Shown here: piece after piece, positions 25,945 to 35,231 of the stretch
Numbering within the stretch: the first letter of the stretch is position 1
How the letters are laid out: every line of letters begins with the position of its first letter
IMG/VR virus record: IMGVR_UViG_3300017647_000281
Coordinates: 1-57,578 of that record
Strand: one strand, 5' to 3'
DNA from: a virus
Taxonomy: Duplodnaviria; Caudoviricetes
DNA: 57,578 nucleotides
Translations under genes and position numbers: made by a program
The notes under the pieces: model-generated
Told to the model about the DNA's origin: nothing
The model's input: the letters and a program-made list of their open reading frames with translations, nothing else
The model's database searches: none

Positions 25945-27368
25945 GCGGCTTTCCCCTTGCCGTACTGGCGACCCTTGTACGGGCGGTTCATCTCGACCTC
26001 CTCATCGCTCGGCTGGTAGCCGCCGACAAGCTCAGCGAAGCGGTGGAACTGGCCCTGGTGCTGGACATGTGCAACGCCCACCTGGCCATGACGGTTCTTG
26101 TCCACGATCAGCTCGGTGACGCCGGCCTGGCCCGCGGGGCTGTCGTTGTCGCGGTGCACCAGCACCACCACGTCGGCGTCGGCCTCGATCTGCCCGGAGT
26201 CGCGCAAATCGCTCTTGGTCGGGCGCTTGTTGCCCCGCGTCTTCGGCCCACGGTTGAGCTGGGCCAGCACCACCACGGGCACGCCGAGTTCCTTGGCCAG
26301 GCGCTTCAGGCCCTTGCTGATCTCGGTCACCACGTCGTAGCGGCTCGCGTTTCGCTGCTCGCCCTTGATCAGGCCGATGTAGTCGACGGCGACCATGCCC
26401 AGGCCGTGCTCGCGCTTCACCGTGCGGCAGATCTGGCGGATATCCCGCATGGTCAGCGAGGCGTCATCGCAGAAGATCAGCGGGGCATCGTTGAGCTTGT
26501 TCACCGCACCGGTCAGGCCCGGCCAGTCCGCATCGGCCATCGAGTGGCCTTCGGCAATGTGCTTGAGCGGGACACTGCCCACCGACGACAGCACACGGTT
26601 GGTCAGCTCGACGTCGGTCATCTCCAGACTGAACACCAGCGCCGGCTCGTTGCAGGTCAGCGCCACCCGCTCAGCGAACCCGAGGCCGAGCGTGGTCTTG
26701 CCGCTGCCCGGCTCGCCGGCCACCACCACCATGTGGCCGGGGCAGATGCCCGGGATGAAAGCGTCCAGCGAAGGCAGGCCGGTGTCGTACCCCAGCTTGA
26801 CCTCCCGGTTGAAGCGCCTGTCGATGCCGTCGATGGCCTCGGGCAGCACCTCGCCGACGAAGCGATAGCGCTTCCGGGCGTCCAGCCCCTCGGCCTCCAG
26901 GGCAAGCCATGCCTGCTGGCCCTGGCTCAGTACCTCGTCCAGCGGTTCGCCATCCTGCAGGCGCTGGCTCATGATCTGCGCCGCGGCGATCACCCGACGG
27001 GCCACCGAGCGCTGCTTGACGATCCGCGCATACTCGCCGGCATTGGCCGAGCTGGGGGTGTTCTTCACCAGCGTGCCGGCCGCCTCCAGTACGCTCTGTC
27101 CGTCGGCAAGGTGCGAGCGAGTCTCGTACAGCGTCACGACGTCGATGGGCATCGCCTTGGTGCGCATGGCCACCAGCAGGTCGAACAGCTCTGCGCAGGC
27201 GGGGTGGTGGAAGTCCGCCACATCGAGCCGGGCGCCAAGGTCATCGATCAGCTCGGGCTGCTGGATCATCGAGCCGATCAGCGAGTACTCGGACTCGTGG
27301 CTGTACAGCTTCGACGCCGGCACTTCGTCCAGCGCCGACATCTCGTCCAGATAGGCGTATGCGCTCAT
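25941..27368 (-). CDS. dnaB: Replicative helicase, DnaB family
   Basis: GEPGSGKT Walker A, VDYIGL, LAQLNR, SDLRDSGQIEADAD, KNRHG; phage-encoded copy. Confidence 0.93.
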   Translation of the reverse strand: MSAYAYLDEMSALDEVPASKLYSHESEYSLIGSMIQQPELIDDLGARLDVADFHHPACAELFDLLVAMRTKAMPIDVVTLYETRSHLADGQSVLEAAGTLVKNTPSSANAGEYARIVKQRSVARRVIAAAQIMSQRLQDGEPLDEVLSQGQQAWLALEAEGLDARKRYRFVGEVLPEAIDGIDRRFNREVKLGYDTGLPSLDAFIPGICPGHMVVVAGEPGSGKTTLGLGFAERVALTCNEPALVFSLEMTDVELTNRVLSSVGSVPLKHIAEGHSMADADWPGLTGAVNKLNDAPLIFCDDASLTMRDIRQICRTVKREHGLGMVAVDYIGLIKGEQRNASRYDVVTEISKGLKRLAKELGVPVVVLAQLNRGPKTRGNKRPTKSDLRDSGQIEADADVVVLVHRDNDSPAGQAGVTELIVDKNRHGQVGVAHVQHQGQFHRFAELVGGYQPSDEEVEMNRPYKGRQYGKGKAA

Positions 27369-28147
27369 ACGTCACCTCGCACGGAAGGCCAGCGGAAGAG
27401 CACGGCCTCGCCCCCCGCATCACACATGCGATCGATCACGCGATCACCGATGAACCGACGGATGTCGGCCAAGTTCAAGTTGCTGATCAGGATGGTGGGC
27501 AGCAGCCGCTCGTACCGACCGTTGATGACCTGGAACAGCACCTGGCATTCGAAGTCCGAACCATGCTGCGCACCGACCTCGTCGATGACCAGCAGGTCCA
27601 TGGAGTGCAGGTCCGCATACACATCCGCCTCGGTCTTGTCCTGACGGCCGAAGGTTTCCTTCACGGTCATGATGATCTCGGAAGCGGTGGTGTACCTCGC
27701 CGTCGCCCCCTGCCGCCCCTCGGTCCGCAGCACCTGCTGGATGATCGCGCAGGCCAGATGCGTCTTCCCGGTCCCCATGGTGCCCAGCAGCAACAGCGAG
27801 CGACCAAGCTTCCAGTTGGACTGGAAGTCGTTGGCGTAGGCCTGGCAACGAGCCAGAACGCCCGGCTGCTCCGTAGGAGCGAAGTCGGTGCGGTAGTTGG
27901 CGAACGTGGCGGGGCGGAAGCGCGGCGGAATGCGGCTGTCCATCAGCACGGTGTTGACCTCTCGGTCATCGCGCTGGTCCAGGGCCTTGGCGCGGATCTC
28001 CGGATCATCCGAGTTGCAGGCATCGAACTCGCAGCGTAGGCAGCCGCTCCAGCGCCAGCCGCCATCGAACTGTTCCTGCAGCTTGCTCTCGAAACCGCCG
28101 TGGGTGGGGCAGTTGACGTGTCGGGTTTTCGATTGATCGTTGGTCAT
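27365..28147 (-). CDS. DnaC/IstB-like helicase loader ATPase
   Basis: GTMGTGKTHLA, LLVIDEVG, RYE..LPTILISN, DRVIDR. Confidence 0.9.
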   Translation of the reverse strand: MTNDQSKTRHVNCPTHGGFESKLQEQFDGGWRWSGCLRCEFDACNSDDPEIRAKALDQRDDREVNTVLMDSRIPPRFRPATFANYRTDFAPTEQPGVLARCQAYANDFQSNWKLGRSLLLLGTMGTGKTHLACAIIQQVLRTEGRQGATARYTTASEIIMTVKETFGRQDKTEADVYADLHSMDLLVIDEVGAQHGSDFECQVLFQVINGRYERLLPTILISNLNLADIRRFIGDRVIDRMCDAGGEAVLFRWPSVRGDV

Positions 28148-29109
28148 GGTCTTGGTCTCGCAATCCGGTAGGTGCCGTCGGCCTGGCGCTCCAGGCCCTC
28201 TTCGTGGTCGGTCTGGTTCAGGTTCAAGTGGGGTGATGGGTGCCCTGGCCCTGCTCGCTGGGTGCCGAACGGGGCCCGCTGGTTTCGCACCCAGTTGCGC
28301 CAGGTCGCCAGCCAGTCGAGCTTGGTCGCGTTCTTCCCGGTAGCAGCTCGCCAGTGGTCGCCGAAGCTCTCCCCGACCTTGCGCATGGCCGCCTCGCTGA
28401 ACTCCCTGCGCTCGTTGAGCGCCCAGGCCAACCAGTCATCCGGCAAGGTCCAGTCAGCCGGGAGGCGTGTGCCCCGCCTGGACCTGCCGACAGGAGGGGG
28501 CGGCTCGGGCTCCGGTGCTGGGCGCTGCTCCTGCGGCGCCAGCTCTTGCTCTTGATTCGGTGAATCAGTGAATCGGAGAATCAGGGCGTTATCGAACGGT
28601 GAATCCACCGTTATCGAACCGTTGTCTAACGTTGGATTAACGTTATTTCCCTCGATGGAAGCGGCCTCAATAACGTTAGGTTCACTGTTATTGCCCCCGG
28701 TGGAAGCACTGGCGTTAACGTGGACAAGGCGTTTTACGCCAGTCACACAGCCGCCCTTTCCACGTTCGTTCACGGTAATGAAACCGTTGGCATCAGGGAG
28801 GACGCTGTCCCGCTCAGTGCCGTGGGGCTTCTGGTGCTTGAGGAAGCTCACGACCTCGACAACGGCGTACCCCTCCACCTGGTAGCGCGTGACGAAACCT
28901 TTCTCCGCGAGCGCATTGAGACCCTGGTCCACGTCGTAGTCGTCGCCAGGGAACAGCTTCACCTTGATCTTCTTCGGGCGGTCCTCAAGCCGACCTTCCC
29001 GGTCGGCCAAGGTCCACAGCCCAATAAACAGCAGCCGGTCGAACGGACCGAGCTCCATCAGGTCTTCGTTCTCAAACAGGCCTGGCTTGATGTTGCGAGC
29101 ACGAGCCAT
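28144..29109 (-). CDS. Phage replication initiator protein
   Basis: MARARNIKPG.F.NE...LLFIGLWTLADREGRLEDRP N-terminus; DWLATWRNW C-terminus. Confidence 0.85.
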   Translation of the reverse strand: MARARNIKPGLFENEDLMELGPFDRLLFIGLWTLADREGRLEDRPKKIKVKLFPGDDYDVDQGLNALAEKGFVTRYQVEGYAVVEVVSFLKHQKPHGTERDSVLPDANGFITVNERGKGGCVTGVKRLVHVNASASTGGNNSEPNVIEAASIEGNNVNPTLDNGSITVDSPFDNALILRFTDSPNQEQELAPQEQRPAPEPEPPPPVGRSRRGTRLPADWTLPDDWLAWALNERREFSEAAMRKVGESFGDHWRAATGKNATKLDWLATWRNWVRNQRAPFGTQRAGPGHPSPHLNLNQTDHEEGLERQADGTYRIARPRP

Positions 29110-29351
29110 CAGATGTTCAGCTCCTCGGTGATCCGGCGGATGAAGTCGTCGTAGGCCTCAGCCATGACGAACCCCTGCTGTTCCAGCGCTTCGCGGTAGG
29201 CCTTGGCAGAGCCGTACAGCACCCACCGTTCGCGCTCCGGCAGATCGCGGAATTGGTTGTAGGAGGGCCAGGGACCGGCAATCACCGGGAGCCCGGGGAC
29301 GAAGGAGCCGGGCGAGCCCGGGGTGCCCCGCGCGGGGCTGCGGGTGCTCAT
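29109..29351 (-). CDS. Hypothetical protein
   Basis: Coupled in the early-right operon. Confidence 0.65.
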   Translation of the reverse strand: MSTRSPARGTPGSPGSFVPGLPVIAGPWPSYNQFRDLPERERWVLYGSAKAYREALEQQGFVMAEAYDDFIRRITEELNI

Positions 29352-29659
29352 CGGGCACGCTCCAGGCGCTCGACGAGCGTCCGCAGCTTGCGCTTGAGGC
29401 GGGCGGTCAGGTCGCGCTGCTCCACCCAGCGCCGGTACGCAGCGTCGGTGAAGCGCAGGACGCCCTCGAAGGCCTCGTCGTCGGGGTTGATGCGCCGCCG
29501 ATCGTCCGGATAGGGCCGGCCATAGGCGTTGAAATAGGTCGAGTACATCGTGTTGAGCTCGCGCCGCAGGGCGTTCCGGCGCGTCTCGGCTTTCTGGTAG
29601 GCCACCGCCGCCTCGGCGATCAGTTTCATGTGCTGCTGCTCGTCGAATACCTTGCTCAT
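29348..29659 (-). CDS. Hypothetical protein
   Basis: ATGA overlaps at both ends. Confidence 0.65.
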   Translation of the reverse strand: MSKVFDEQQHMKLIAEAAVAYQKAETRRNALRRELNTMYSTYFNAYGRPYPDDRRRINPDDEAFEGVLRFTDAAYRRWVEQRDLTARLKRKLRTLVERLERAR

Positions 29660-30465
29660 TGCTTCACCTTCTGGACCAGGCGGAACCGGCCCTCGAAATA
29701 CGGATGGGTGGCCTGGGTCTCGCTGACCATCTGGCACTCGGAAACGAAGCGACGGAACACCGCGGTGATGTCGCTGGAAGCCCACACGGCGTACTGGCTG
29801 CCCTGGGCTTCCTCATGGCCGTTGCGGACCATCCCCCAGGGCTTCGGGCTGATCGGCATCTGGCGCACCACCGTGTTCACCACAGTGGCTGACAGGCCGT
29901 AGCGCTCGTGGATCACCTCGCGAATGCGGGTGATGGGCATGCAGTTCTGCGGGCAGTGGTCCCAGACACGCGACTCGGCCAGGTCCTCCACGTGCTGCTC
30001 GATCCGCTCAATGGCAACTTGGTGCTGGGCTTGCTGCTGCTCGATTTGTTGCTGCCGGCGCTCGAGCTGCACCTGGATCTGCGCATGGGCCAGCATCTGC
30101 TCGGCCTGGGTCATGGGCCGCGCGGCCTGCTCCTCCAGGTCGGTCATGTGATCGAAGACAGCGGCCTGCAGCTCGTAGCTGTAGGACATGGCCATCAGGC
30201 AGGCCTCGCGTTTCGGGAAGCGGTAGCCGCGGCGCGGCCGGCCGTAGCTGTCGGGGAGATCGGCCGAAAATTCGGCTGATCTTTCACCAAGCACTTCAGG
30301 CACTTTGTCGAGGAAGTGCTTGTGCTCCAGCTTGGCGAACCCCTTCGAGGGAAACGGCTGCCCGGCCTGCTCAGCCTGCTGCTGGCGGTGGGCATTGATG
30401 AAGTCGACCAGTTCCAGGCTGGTCATGGTGGCGGCCTGGCCGCCGATGGTGGTCAGGTCGTTCAC
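29656..30465 (-). CDS. Rha/antirepressor-like DNA-binding protein
   Basis: TMTSLELVDFIN...HKHFLDKV...Y.FPKREACLMAMSYS Rha-type N-domain, Gln-rich coiled coil. Confidence 0.78.
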   Translation of the reverse strand: MNDLTTIGGQAATMTSLELVDFINAHRQQQAEQAGQPFPSKGFAKLEHKHFLDKVPEVLGERSAEFSADLPDSYGRPRRGYRFPKREACLMAMSYSYELQAAVFDHMTDLEEQAARPMTQAEQMLAHAQIQVQLERRQQQIEQQQAQHQVAIERIEQHVEDLAESRVWDHCPQNCMPITRIREVIHERYGLSATVVNTVVRQMPISPKPWGMVRNGHEEAQGSQYAVWASSDITAVFRRFVSECQMVSETQATHPYFEGRFRLVQKVKQ

Positions 30466-30719
30466 TTCGAGGCCTCCTCAATCGCCTTCAGGCGGATCTC
30501 GAACTGCTCGCGGTCGCAATCGAACTGGTTGTGCCAGTCGTCTGCGTTGTAGATGGCCATTCCATAAAGGCCGGCGAAGTGGGACATCGAGGGCTCCTTG
30601 TCCAAGCGCTCGCGCAGGACAAGCAAGGTCGACCGCAGCATGTCGATGCAGTCCATCGCGCAGCTGACCTTGAACGCGGCTTCCTCGGCGATCAGTTGAA
30701 TCTCGGGCTTCTTGTTCAT
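30462..30719 (-). CDS. Hypothetical helical protein
   Basis: Coupled in the operon. Confidence 0.6.
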   Translation of the reverse strand: MNKKPEIQLIAEEAAFKVSCAMDCIDMLRSTLLVLRERLDKEPSMSHFAGLYGMAIYNADDWHNQFDCDREQFEIRLKAIEEASK

Positions 30720-30949
30720 GCCGGCACCTCCAGCTTGTCCAGCAGGCTAATGAGGTCCTCGGCGGCCACCTTGGTGGTGCAGACGATGGCGAGCAGGATG
30801 GCGTCCTTCTCCCGATCCCCCAGGCGCGGGCCGGGGTCGCTGCCTTCGAACGCCAGGTCCTCGCGGAAGGCCTTGGCCAGGTTCTGGATGGTGTCGATAT
30901 AGGCCTGCAGGTCGTCCGCCAGCAGTTGCACTTCGGTGCGCCTAACCAT
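30716..30949 (-). CDS. Hypothetical helical protein
   Basis: GGAGGT RBS, coupled. Confidence 0.6.
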   Translation of the reverse strand: MVRRTEVQLLADDLQAYIDTIQNLAKAFREDLAFEGSDPGPRLGDREKDAILLAIVCTTKVAAEDLISLLDKLEVPA

Positions 30950-31226
30950 TGGCCACCTCCCCGCCTTCCAGCGCCGCGCGCACCAGCGCCAGGGCCTCCT
31001 CGTTGGCATAGAGCAGCAGAACTACCCGACGGGAGACCGAAGGTTCATCCAAGATGTCCAGCAGGCCGCCGCGCACCGCGTCGAGCAGGTCAGCAGCACT
31101 GTCCAGCGCCTGGTCAGCGTCGACACCCTCCACGGTCGCGAGCACAGCGGTATTCCCTTCGGAGCGCCTGGAGAGATCGACAGGGGGATGCTCGCGGAAA
31201 GTGATTCCGATAGTGGTTCGGCTCAT
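30942..31226 (-). CDS. DUF3077-like small protein
   Basis: EGVDADQALDSAADLL ... ALVRAA pattern. Confidence 0.5.
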   Translation of the reverse strand: MSRTTIGITFREHPPVDLSRRSEGNTAVLATVEGVDADQALDSAADLLDAVRGGLLDILDEPSVSRRVVLLLYANEEALALVRAALEGGEVANG

Positions 31227-31522
31227 GGCTTGGCCCCCTTGTTCAGTTGGGCGCTCGCCGAGTCGAGCAGCGCTTTCGCGCCTTCCAGCAGGAAGGACAG
31301 GCAATAGGCCGACCGCTCGGCATCCTCTGGATCGCCGTCAACGATCAGGCGGGTCAGATGGAGGCAACCGGCGAGCAGGTTGCTGCCGCCATCCAGGCAG
31401 TTCTCCACCGTCAGGCCGGCCACGGGAGCGAACGGAGACTGGCAGGAGATCAGGGCCTCGAATTGATGAATGGCCGAACTGGTGACCTTGGTCTCCAAGG
31501 CGGCGCGGGTGACGGCGGTCAT
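31223..31522 (-). CDS. DUF3077-like small protein
   Basis: AGLTVENCLDGGSNLL ... FLLEGAKALLDS pattern. Confidence 0.55.
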   Translation of the reverse strand: MTAVTRAALETKVTSSAIHQFEALISCQSPFAPVAGLTVENCLDGGSNLLAGCLHLTRLIVDGDPEDAERSAYCLSFLLEGAKALLDSASAQLNKGAKP

Positions 31523-31833
31523 GCGTCACCGCCTTGCGCTTTCACGCTGCGCTCTACCGAGAAGATCAGCGCGCCAACGGTCTCCCCGAGGAAGCTCAGG
31601 GCGCGCATCTCGTCCAAGTAGGTGAGCTCGCCGCCGTAGTTGACGACGTCGCCCAGGTGCTCGCAGAGGTACCGCAGGCCGTGCGCCAGATTACGCGCCA
31701 GGCCCAGAGCCTCATCAGCAGGAACGCCGGCCCTGACGGAAAGCAGCTCGCCATGCCCCCTGTTAGCGAAGGCCTGCTCAGTGGTTGCCAGCAGTTGCGC
31801 CGCAGCCGGCGCTTTGGTATTTTCGACTTGCAT
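31519..31833 (-). CDS. DUF3077-like small protein
   Basis: LLSVRAGVPADEAL ... ALSFLGETVGALI; AAGGAG RBS. Confidence 0.6.
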   Translation of the reverse strand: MQVENTKAPAAAQLLATTEQAFANRGHGELLSVRAGVPADEALGLARNLAHGLRYLCEHLGDVVNYGGELTYLDEMRALSFLGETVGALIFSVERSVKAQGGDA

Positions 31834-31922
31834 GTTGATGTCTCCTTGAGACAAAGAGGTTCCTGCCACTCGCGCCAACGAGTAGGTCAGGAAAGAAAGC
31901 CCGGTTGCCGCCGGGCTTTTTT
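31830..31922 (+). ncRNA. Candidate cis-antisense RNA covering the RBS/start of the DUF3077-Rha operon
   Basis: Promoter TTGCGC-17-(TGG)TATTTT at 31795-31823; hairpin with CGCCAA loop at 31861-31892; terminator AAAGCCCGG...CCGGGCTTTTTT at 31896-31922. Confidence 0.6.
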
Positions 31923-32212
31923 GTGCCCGGCATTTGGAGAAATGCAGCCCTGGATTAGGGCGGCTGGGGTTGATGGGCGATTGCCCGGATGTCGCGAGTG
32001 TTCAAAGTGTTAGGCCTCCAAGGCCGATGAATAGTCGTGGTCCAGACACCCTGCACCACCTCCGACGAATCCCAAGCAATTCGCCTCTACTTACTTAATG
32101 CCTCCCCACAGCCCCAAAATCGGGGGTGAATCGAATCGCCCTGGGAAAAAATTTCGGGCCGCTTGGTTTCGCATGCGAAAGTCCGGGCATCAGCATCAAG
32201 GCGAGAACCTGC

Positions 32213-32830
32213 TCAGCAGACGACACGAAGCTGGCCCCCGTTGCCTTCGGCCAATTCGTTCTCCATGCCGCGACGGATCTCGAAAGCACGGGACTCGACG
32301 AAGCGAAGCGTTTCGATAGCGCCGGGCAGCAGCGGGCGGTCCTGGGCATCGATCTTTCCGTCAGCCAGGACTTCGCCGCACGCGGTCACCGCATCGCCGA
32401 GACGCGACATCAACTGGCCGAATGCGCTTACCGGGCAGCCGTCGGCGCCAGCCTCACGGGCAGCAACTAGGCCATAGCGAGCAGCCAGCTCGGCAATGCA
32501 GCGCTCGCGGCGCTCTGGATCAAGAGCCTGCACCCAGGCCTCCTCTACCCAGGACGGCAGATCGACCTCCCCATCCAGCCAGCGCTCGACTCGCTTGCTC
32601 CAAGCCTTGTAAGCGCGGCCGTAGGCAGTCACGTCGGCGGTAACCGTCAGGGCGGTCAAGTCCGGATAGCCACGCTCGGCGGCGCGCTCCGGAACCATCT
32701 GGAAAATCGTAGCGTTCAGCGACTCACCGAAGCCGTCCTGGCTGATGGCGGTGCGAGCAATCATGTCGCGAGCGAAGGCGATCAGAACGCCCTCGCGGGT
32801 CAGGCTGTGTCGGAAGTTCGACGTATTCAT
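32213..32830 (-). CDS. CII-like regulator
   Basis: Position after cro; VLADGKIDAQD motif common to phage CII-like proteins. Confidence 0.6.
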   Translation of the reverse strand: MNTSNFRHSLTREGVLIAFARDMIARTAISQDGFGESLNATIFQMVPERAAERGYPDLTALTVTADVTAYGRAYKAWSKRVERWLDGEVDLPSWVEEAWVQALDPERRERCIAELAARYGLVAAREAGADGCPVSAFGQLMSRLGDAVTACGEVLADGKIDAQDRPLLPGAIETLRFVESRAFEIRRGMENELAEGNGGQLRVVC

Positions 32831-32954
32831 GTTGCGCTCCTGGTTCTACTCTTTGCCCCATCAAGGAGGCTTTCTGTTCGGAGGCCAGCGGAGGGAGTCA
32901 TCTATGCCGGCTATCTGTTCACCACCCTCAAGGCCAGCGCCTGGCCCTGCCGGC

Positions 32955-33239
32955 TCAACTCAACAACAGCGGGCACTCTTCGTAGGGCCGTTCGGCAGAG
33001 GAATTACTTGCCGCCTTCCCCGGCCTGCGCTTTTTGGTGTCGTCATAGTCGGCGCGGCCCGGCACATCGGACTCGGCCGCCTTGAGCTGGCCACCCGAAG
33101 CCAGCTCCAACACGCACTGCTGGGCGTAGGAAAAGCCGCCGGCAGCGCGCATCTGAGAGGCACGACCACGGGATACCCCCAAAGCCAGAGCTATGGCGCT
33201 ACCGGTACGGAAGAATTTCAGGGCTTGGTCGAAGGTCAT
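32955..33239 (-). CDS. Cro-like repressor
   Basis: MTFDQALKFF...IALALGVSRGRASQ HTH, divergent from cI. Confidence 0.82.
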   Translation of the reverse strand: MTFDQALKFFRTGSAIALALGVSRGRASQMRAAGGFSYAQQCVLELASGGQLKAAESDVPGRADYDDTKKRRPGKAASNSSAERPYEECPLLLS

Positions 33240-33264
33240 GAGGTGTCTCCGGGCTCGTGAGCGC

Positions 33265-33328
33265 AGTTTAGAAAAATAAACTACGACAGGCAAGGAAACT
33301 AAACATGAAAGTGTTTAGCCTTCTAAAC
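33265..33328. promoter_or_regulatory. OR operators and pR promoter
   Basis: GTTTAG-AAAA-ATAAAC (33266-81), GGCAAG-GAAA-CTAAAC (33289-304), GTTTAG-CCTT-CTAAAC (33313-28); minus-strand TTGCCT-17-TAAACT. Confidence 0.75.
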
Positions 33329-34183
33329 ATGGACTTTTCAGATCGCGTCAGAGACCGCATGAAGGCGCTGAAGCTCAGCTCGGTAGAGCTGGCCCAGCTT
33401 GTGGGTGTCTCCAAGGGCTCCGTAACTCACTGGACGACCGGAACAAACCAGGCCAGCGGGAAGCGCCTTATCGCCCTAGCGAATGCGCTGGAGTGTTCTG
33501 CGGAGTGGCTTGCGACAGGCGATGCGACGGCACCTGCTCAAACGAGCGAGCCGGCAGCGAACGACCCGAAGCCCGCCAAGTCAGCGGCGGCGACAATGGT
33601 CCTGGACATGCTGAAGAAGCATGCAGGGAAGAGCCTCAACGAGGCTGCGCAACAGCGTATCGCCCAAGCTGTCGCGGAGAGCCTCGCCGAGGCTCCTGCC
33701 CCGCAAGGTGGTGGGAATGTGATCGTCGGGGACTTCTCCCGGCCCGTCGGCCTGGTCGGCGACGAGATCCGCATCGCCCGCTACGACATCCGCGGCGCCA
33801 TGGGCGGCGGCCAGGTGCCGGCCGACTACGCCGAGATGCTCCGCGACGTGAAGGTCAGCCAGCAGCACCTACGCGAGCTGGGCGTCACCTACGACGATCC
33901 AAACCACCTCAAGGTAGTGCACGGCTGGGGGCAGTCCATGGAGCCCACCATCAAGCACCGCGATCCCTTGATCGTCGATATCAGCATCCAGCAGTTCACC
34001 GGCGACGGGATCTACCTGTTCACCTGGCAGGGCCACCTCTACATCAAGCGCCTGCAGGTCCAGGATGCCGATCACTTCGAGATGATCTCGGACAACAAGA
34101 AGCACAAGGACAGGGCCATCCGCATGGATGAGACCTACATCCATGCCAGGGTGCTGCTGGTGTGGAATGCTCATCTGGTATAG
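33329..34183 (+). CDS. CI repressor (XRE HTH plus S24 peptidase)
   Basis: ELAQLVGVSKGSVTHW HTH; GQSMEPTI, YIKRL, ISDN autopeptidase motifs; start may be 33305 or 33329. Confidence 0.93.
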   Translation: MDFSDRVRDRMKALKLSSVELAQLVGVSKGSVTHWTTGTNQASGKRLIALANALECSAEWLATGDATAPAQTSEPAANDPKPAKSAAATMVLDMLKKHAGKSLNEAAQQRIAQAVAESLAEAPAPQGGGNVIVGDFSRPVGLVGDEIRIARYDIRGAMGGGQVPADYAEMLRDVKVSQQHLRELGVTYDDPNHLKVVHGWGQSMEPTIKHRDPLIVDISIQQFTGDGIYLFTWQGHLYIKRLQVQDADHFEMISDNKKHKDRAIRMDETYIHARVLLVWNAHLV

Positions 34184-34376
34184 CAAGGCATTACGCTTCG
34201 ACGAACGGTTTCTTCGGCTGATCCAAGACGGCTATCGGCGCCACCGTCTTTGGCGCTATTATTTCGCGCCACTGACTTCCAGTCTCGGCTCTGGGCGTTG
34301 ACAACGAGCAATATCAGAAATTTCGATTTGATTTTGGCCGCTTTGGCCGCATACCCATCGGAGGGGGCACGCTAGG

Positions 34377-34670
34377 ATGGCCGAGGGCATCACGGGGCAG
34401 GAGACGACAATCAATGTCATCAATGTCTCCACGGAAAGATTGCCAGAGCTCCTTGATGCAGCGGGGCGGCTATTTGAGCTGCTTTGGAGCAAGAGCCCGC
34501 CCCTAGCCGCTTTTGTAATAATTTTGTTGGTGCTCCTTCCGTTCTATGTGGCCTATATTTACTTTGCGTGCCGCCAGAGTGAACGGGAGTCGGACAAGAA
34601 AGTCGAACGAGCTGTAAGGAAGGAGCTTAAGAGGCAGGGATCAAGGGCCTCTGGAGGTAAGAAAGCATGA
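34377..34670 (+). CDS. Single-TM membrane protein (moron)
   Basis: Hydrophobic helix LAAFVIILLVLLPFYVAYIYF with basic tail; ATGA overlap with the next gene. Confidence 0.7.
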   Translation: MAEGITGQETTINVINVSTERLPELLDAAGRLFELLWSKSPPLAAFVIILLVLLPFYVAYIYFACRQSERESDKKVERAVRKELKRQGSRASGGKKA

Positions 34671-35161
34671 GCCACATTTTGATGGGTGCTGTAGCAGCGT
34701 TTGCAGTCGTCATTTACTGGGCGCTATGCCGCAGGGCATCACTCAAGCATCGAGCCAAAGCGGCCGATTTGGTTGCTGCTTACGTCGAAGACGACAGCCA
34801 TACCGAGCATGAGAAAGAGGTTGTAGTCCTCCTGTACAAGGCTATGACCAGATGGATTTTCATGCCTGTAATGGCAGTCCTCACGCCGTTTGCCATGGTT
34901 GTGATGATAATTCGCAGCCGCGACGAAGATTGGAAGCCTAAGCCGAAGGAGCATACGGACATCCTTGATGCCCTAATGAAGACCTATATCACTCGTAGCC
35001 CGATCACCTCGGTTGTGTGCCTGATGGCCATCGGGGTAACCATGGCATTGCTGGTGCCTATAGGCATCGCCCTGAACCGGATCAAGCAAACCCCTACTCT
35101 GGTTGGGGTTTATGGCACCATTCTTTCGAATGCGCCTAACTCGAAACACCTTCATGCATGA
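34667..35161 (+). CDS. Multi-TM membrane protein (moron)
   Basis: Three hydrophobic segments; AT-richer than the core phage. Confidence 0.75.
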   Translation: MSHILMGAVAAFAVVIYWALCRRASLKHRAKAADLVAAYVEDDSHTEHEKEVVVLLYKAMTRWIFMPVMAVLTPFAMVVMIIRSRDEDWKPKPKEHTDILDALMKTYITRSPITSVVCLMAIGVTMALLVPIGIALNRIKQTPTLVGVYGTILSNAPNSKHLHA

Positions 35162-35186
35162 AAAACCCCGCTTCGGCGGGGTTTTT
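35161..35186 (+). terminator. Intrinsic terminator
   Basis: AAAAACCCCGC-TTCG-GCGGGGTTTTT. Confidence 0.88.
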
Positions 35187-35231
35187 CATTTCTGGCCCTT
35201 GACCGCCCTACTCGTTTTGGTAAATTTTCCC

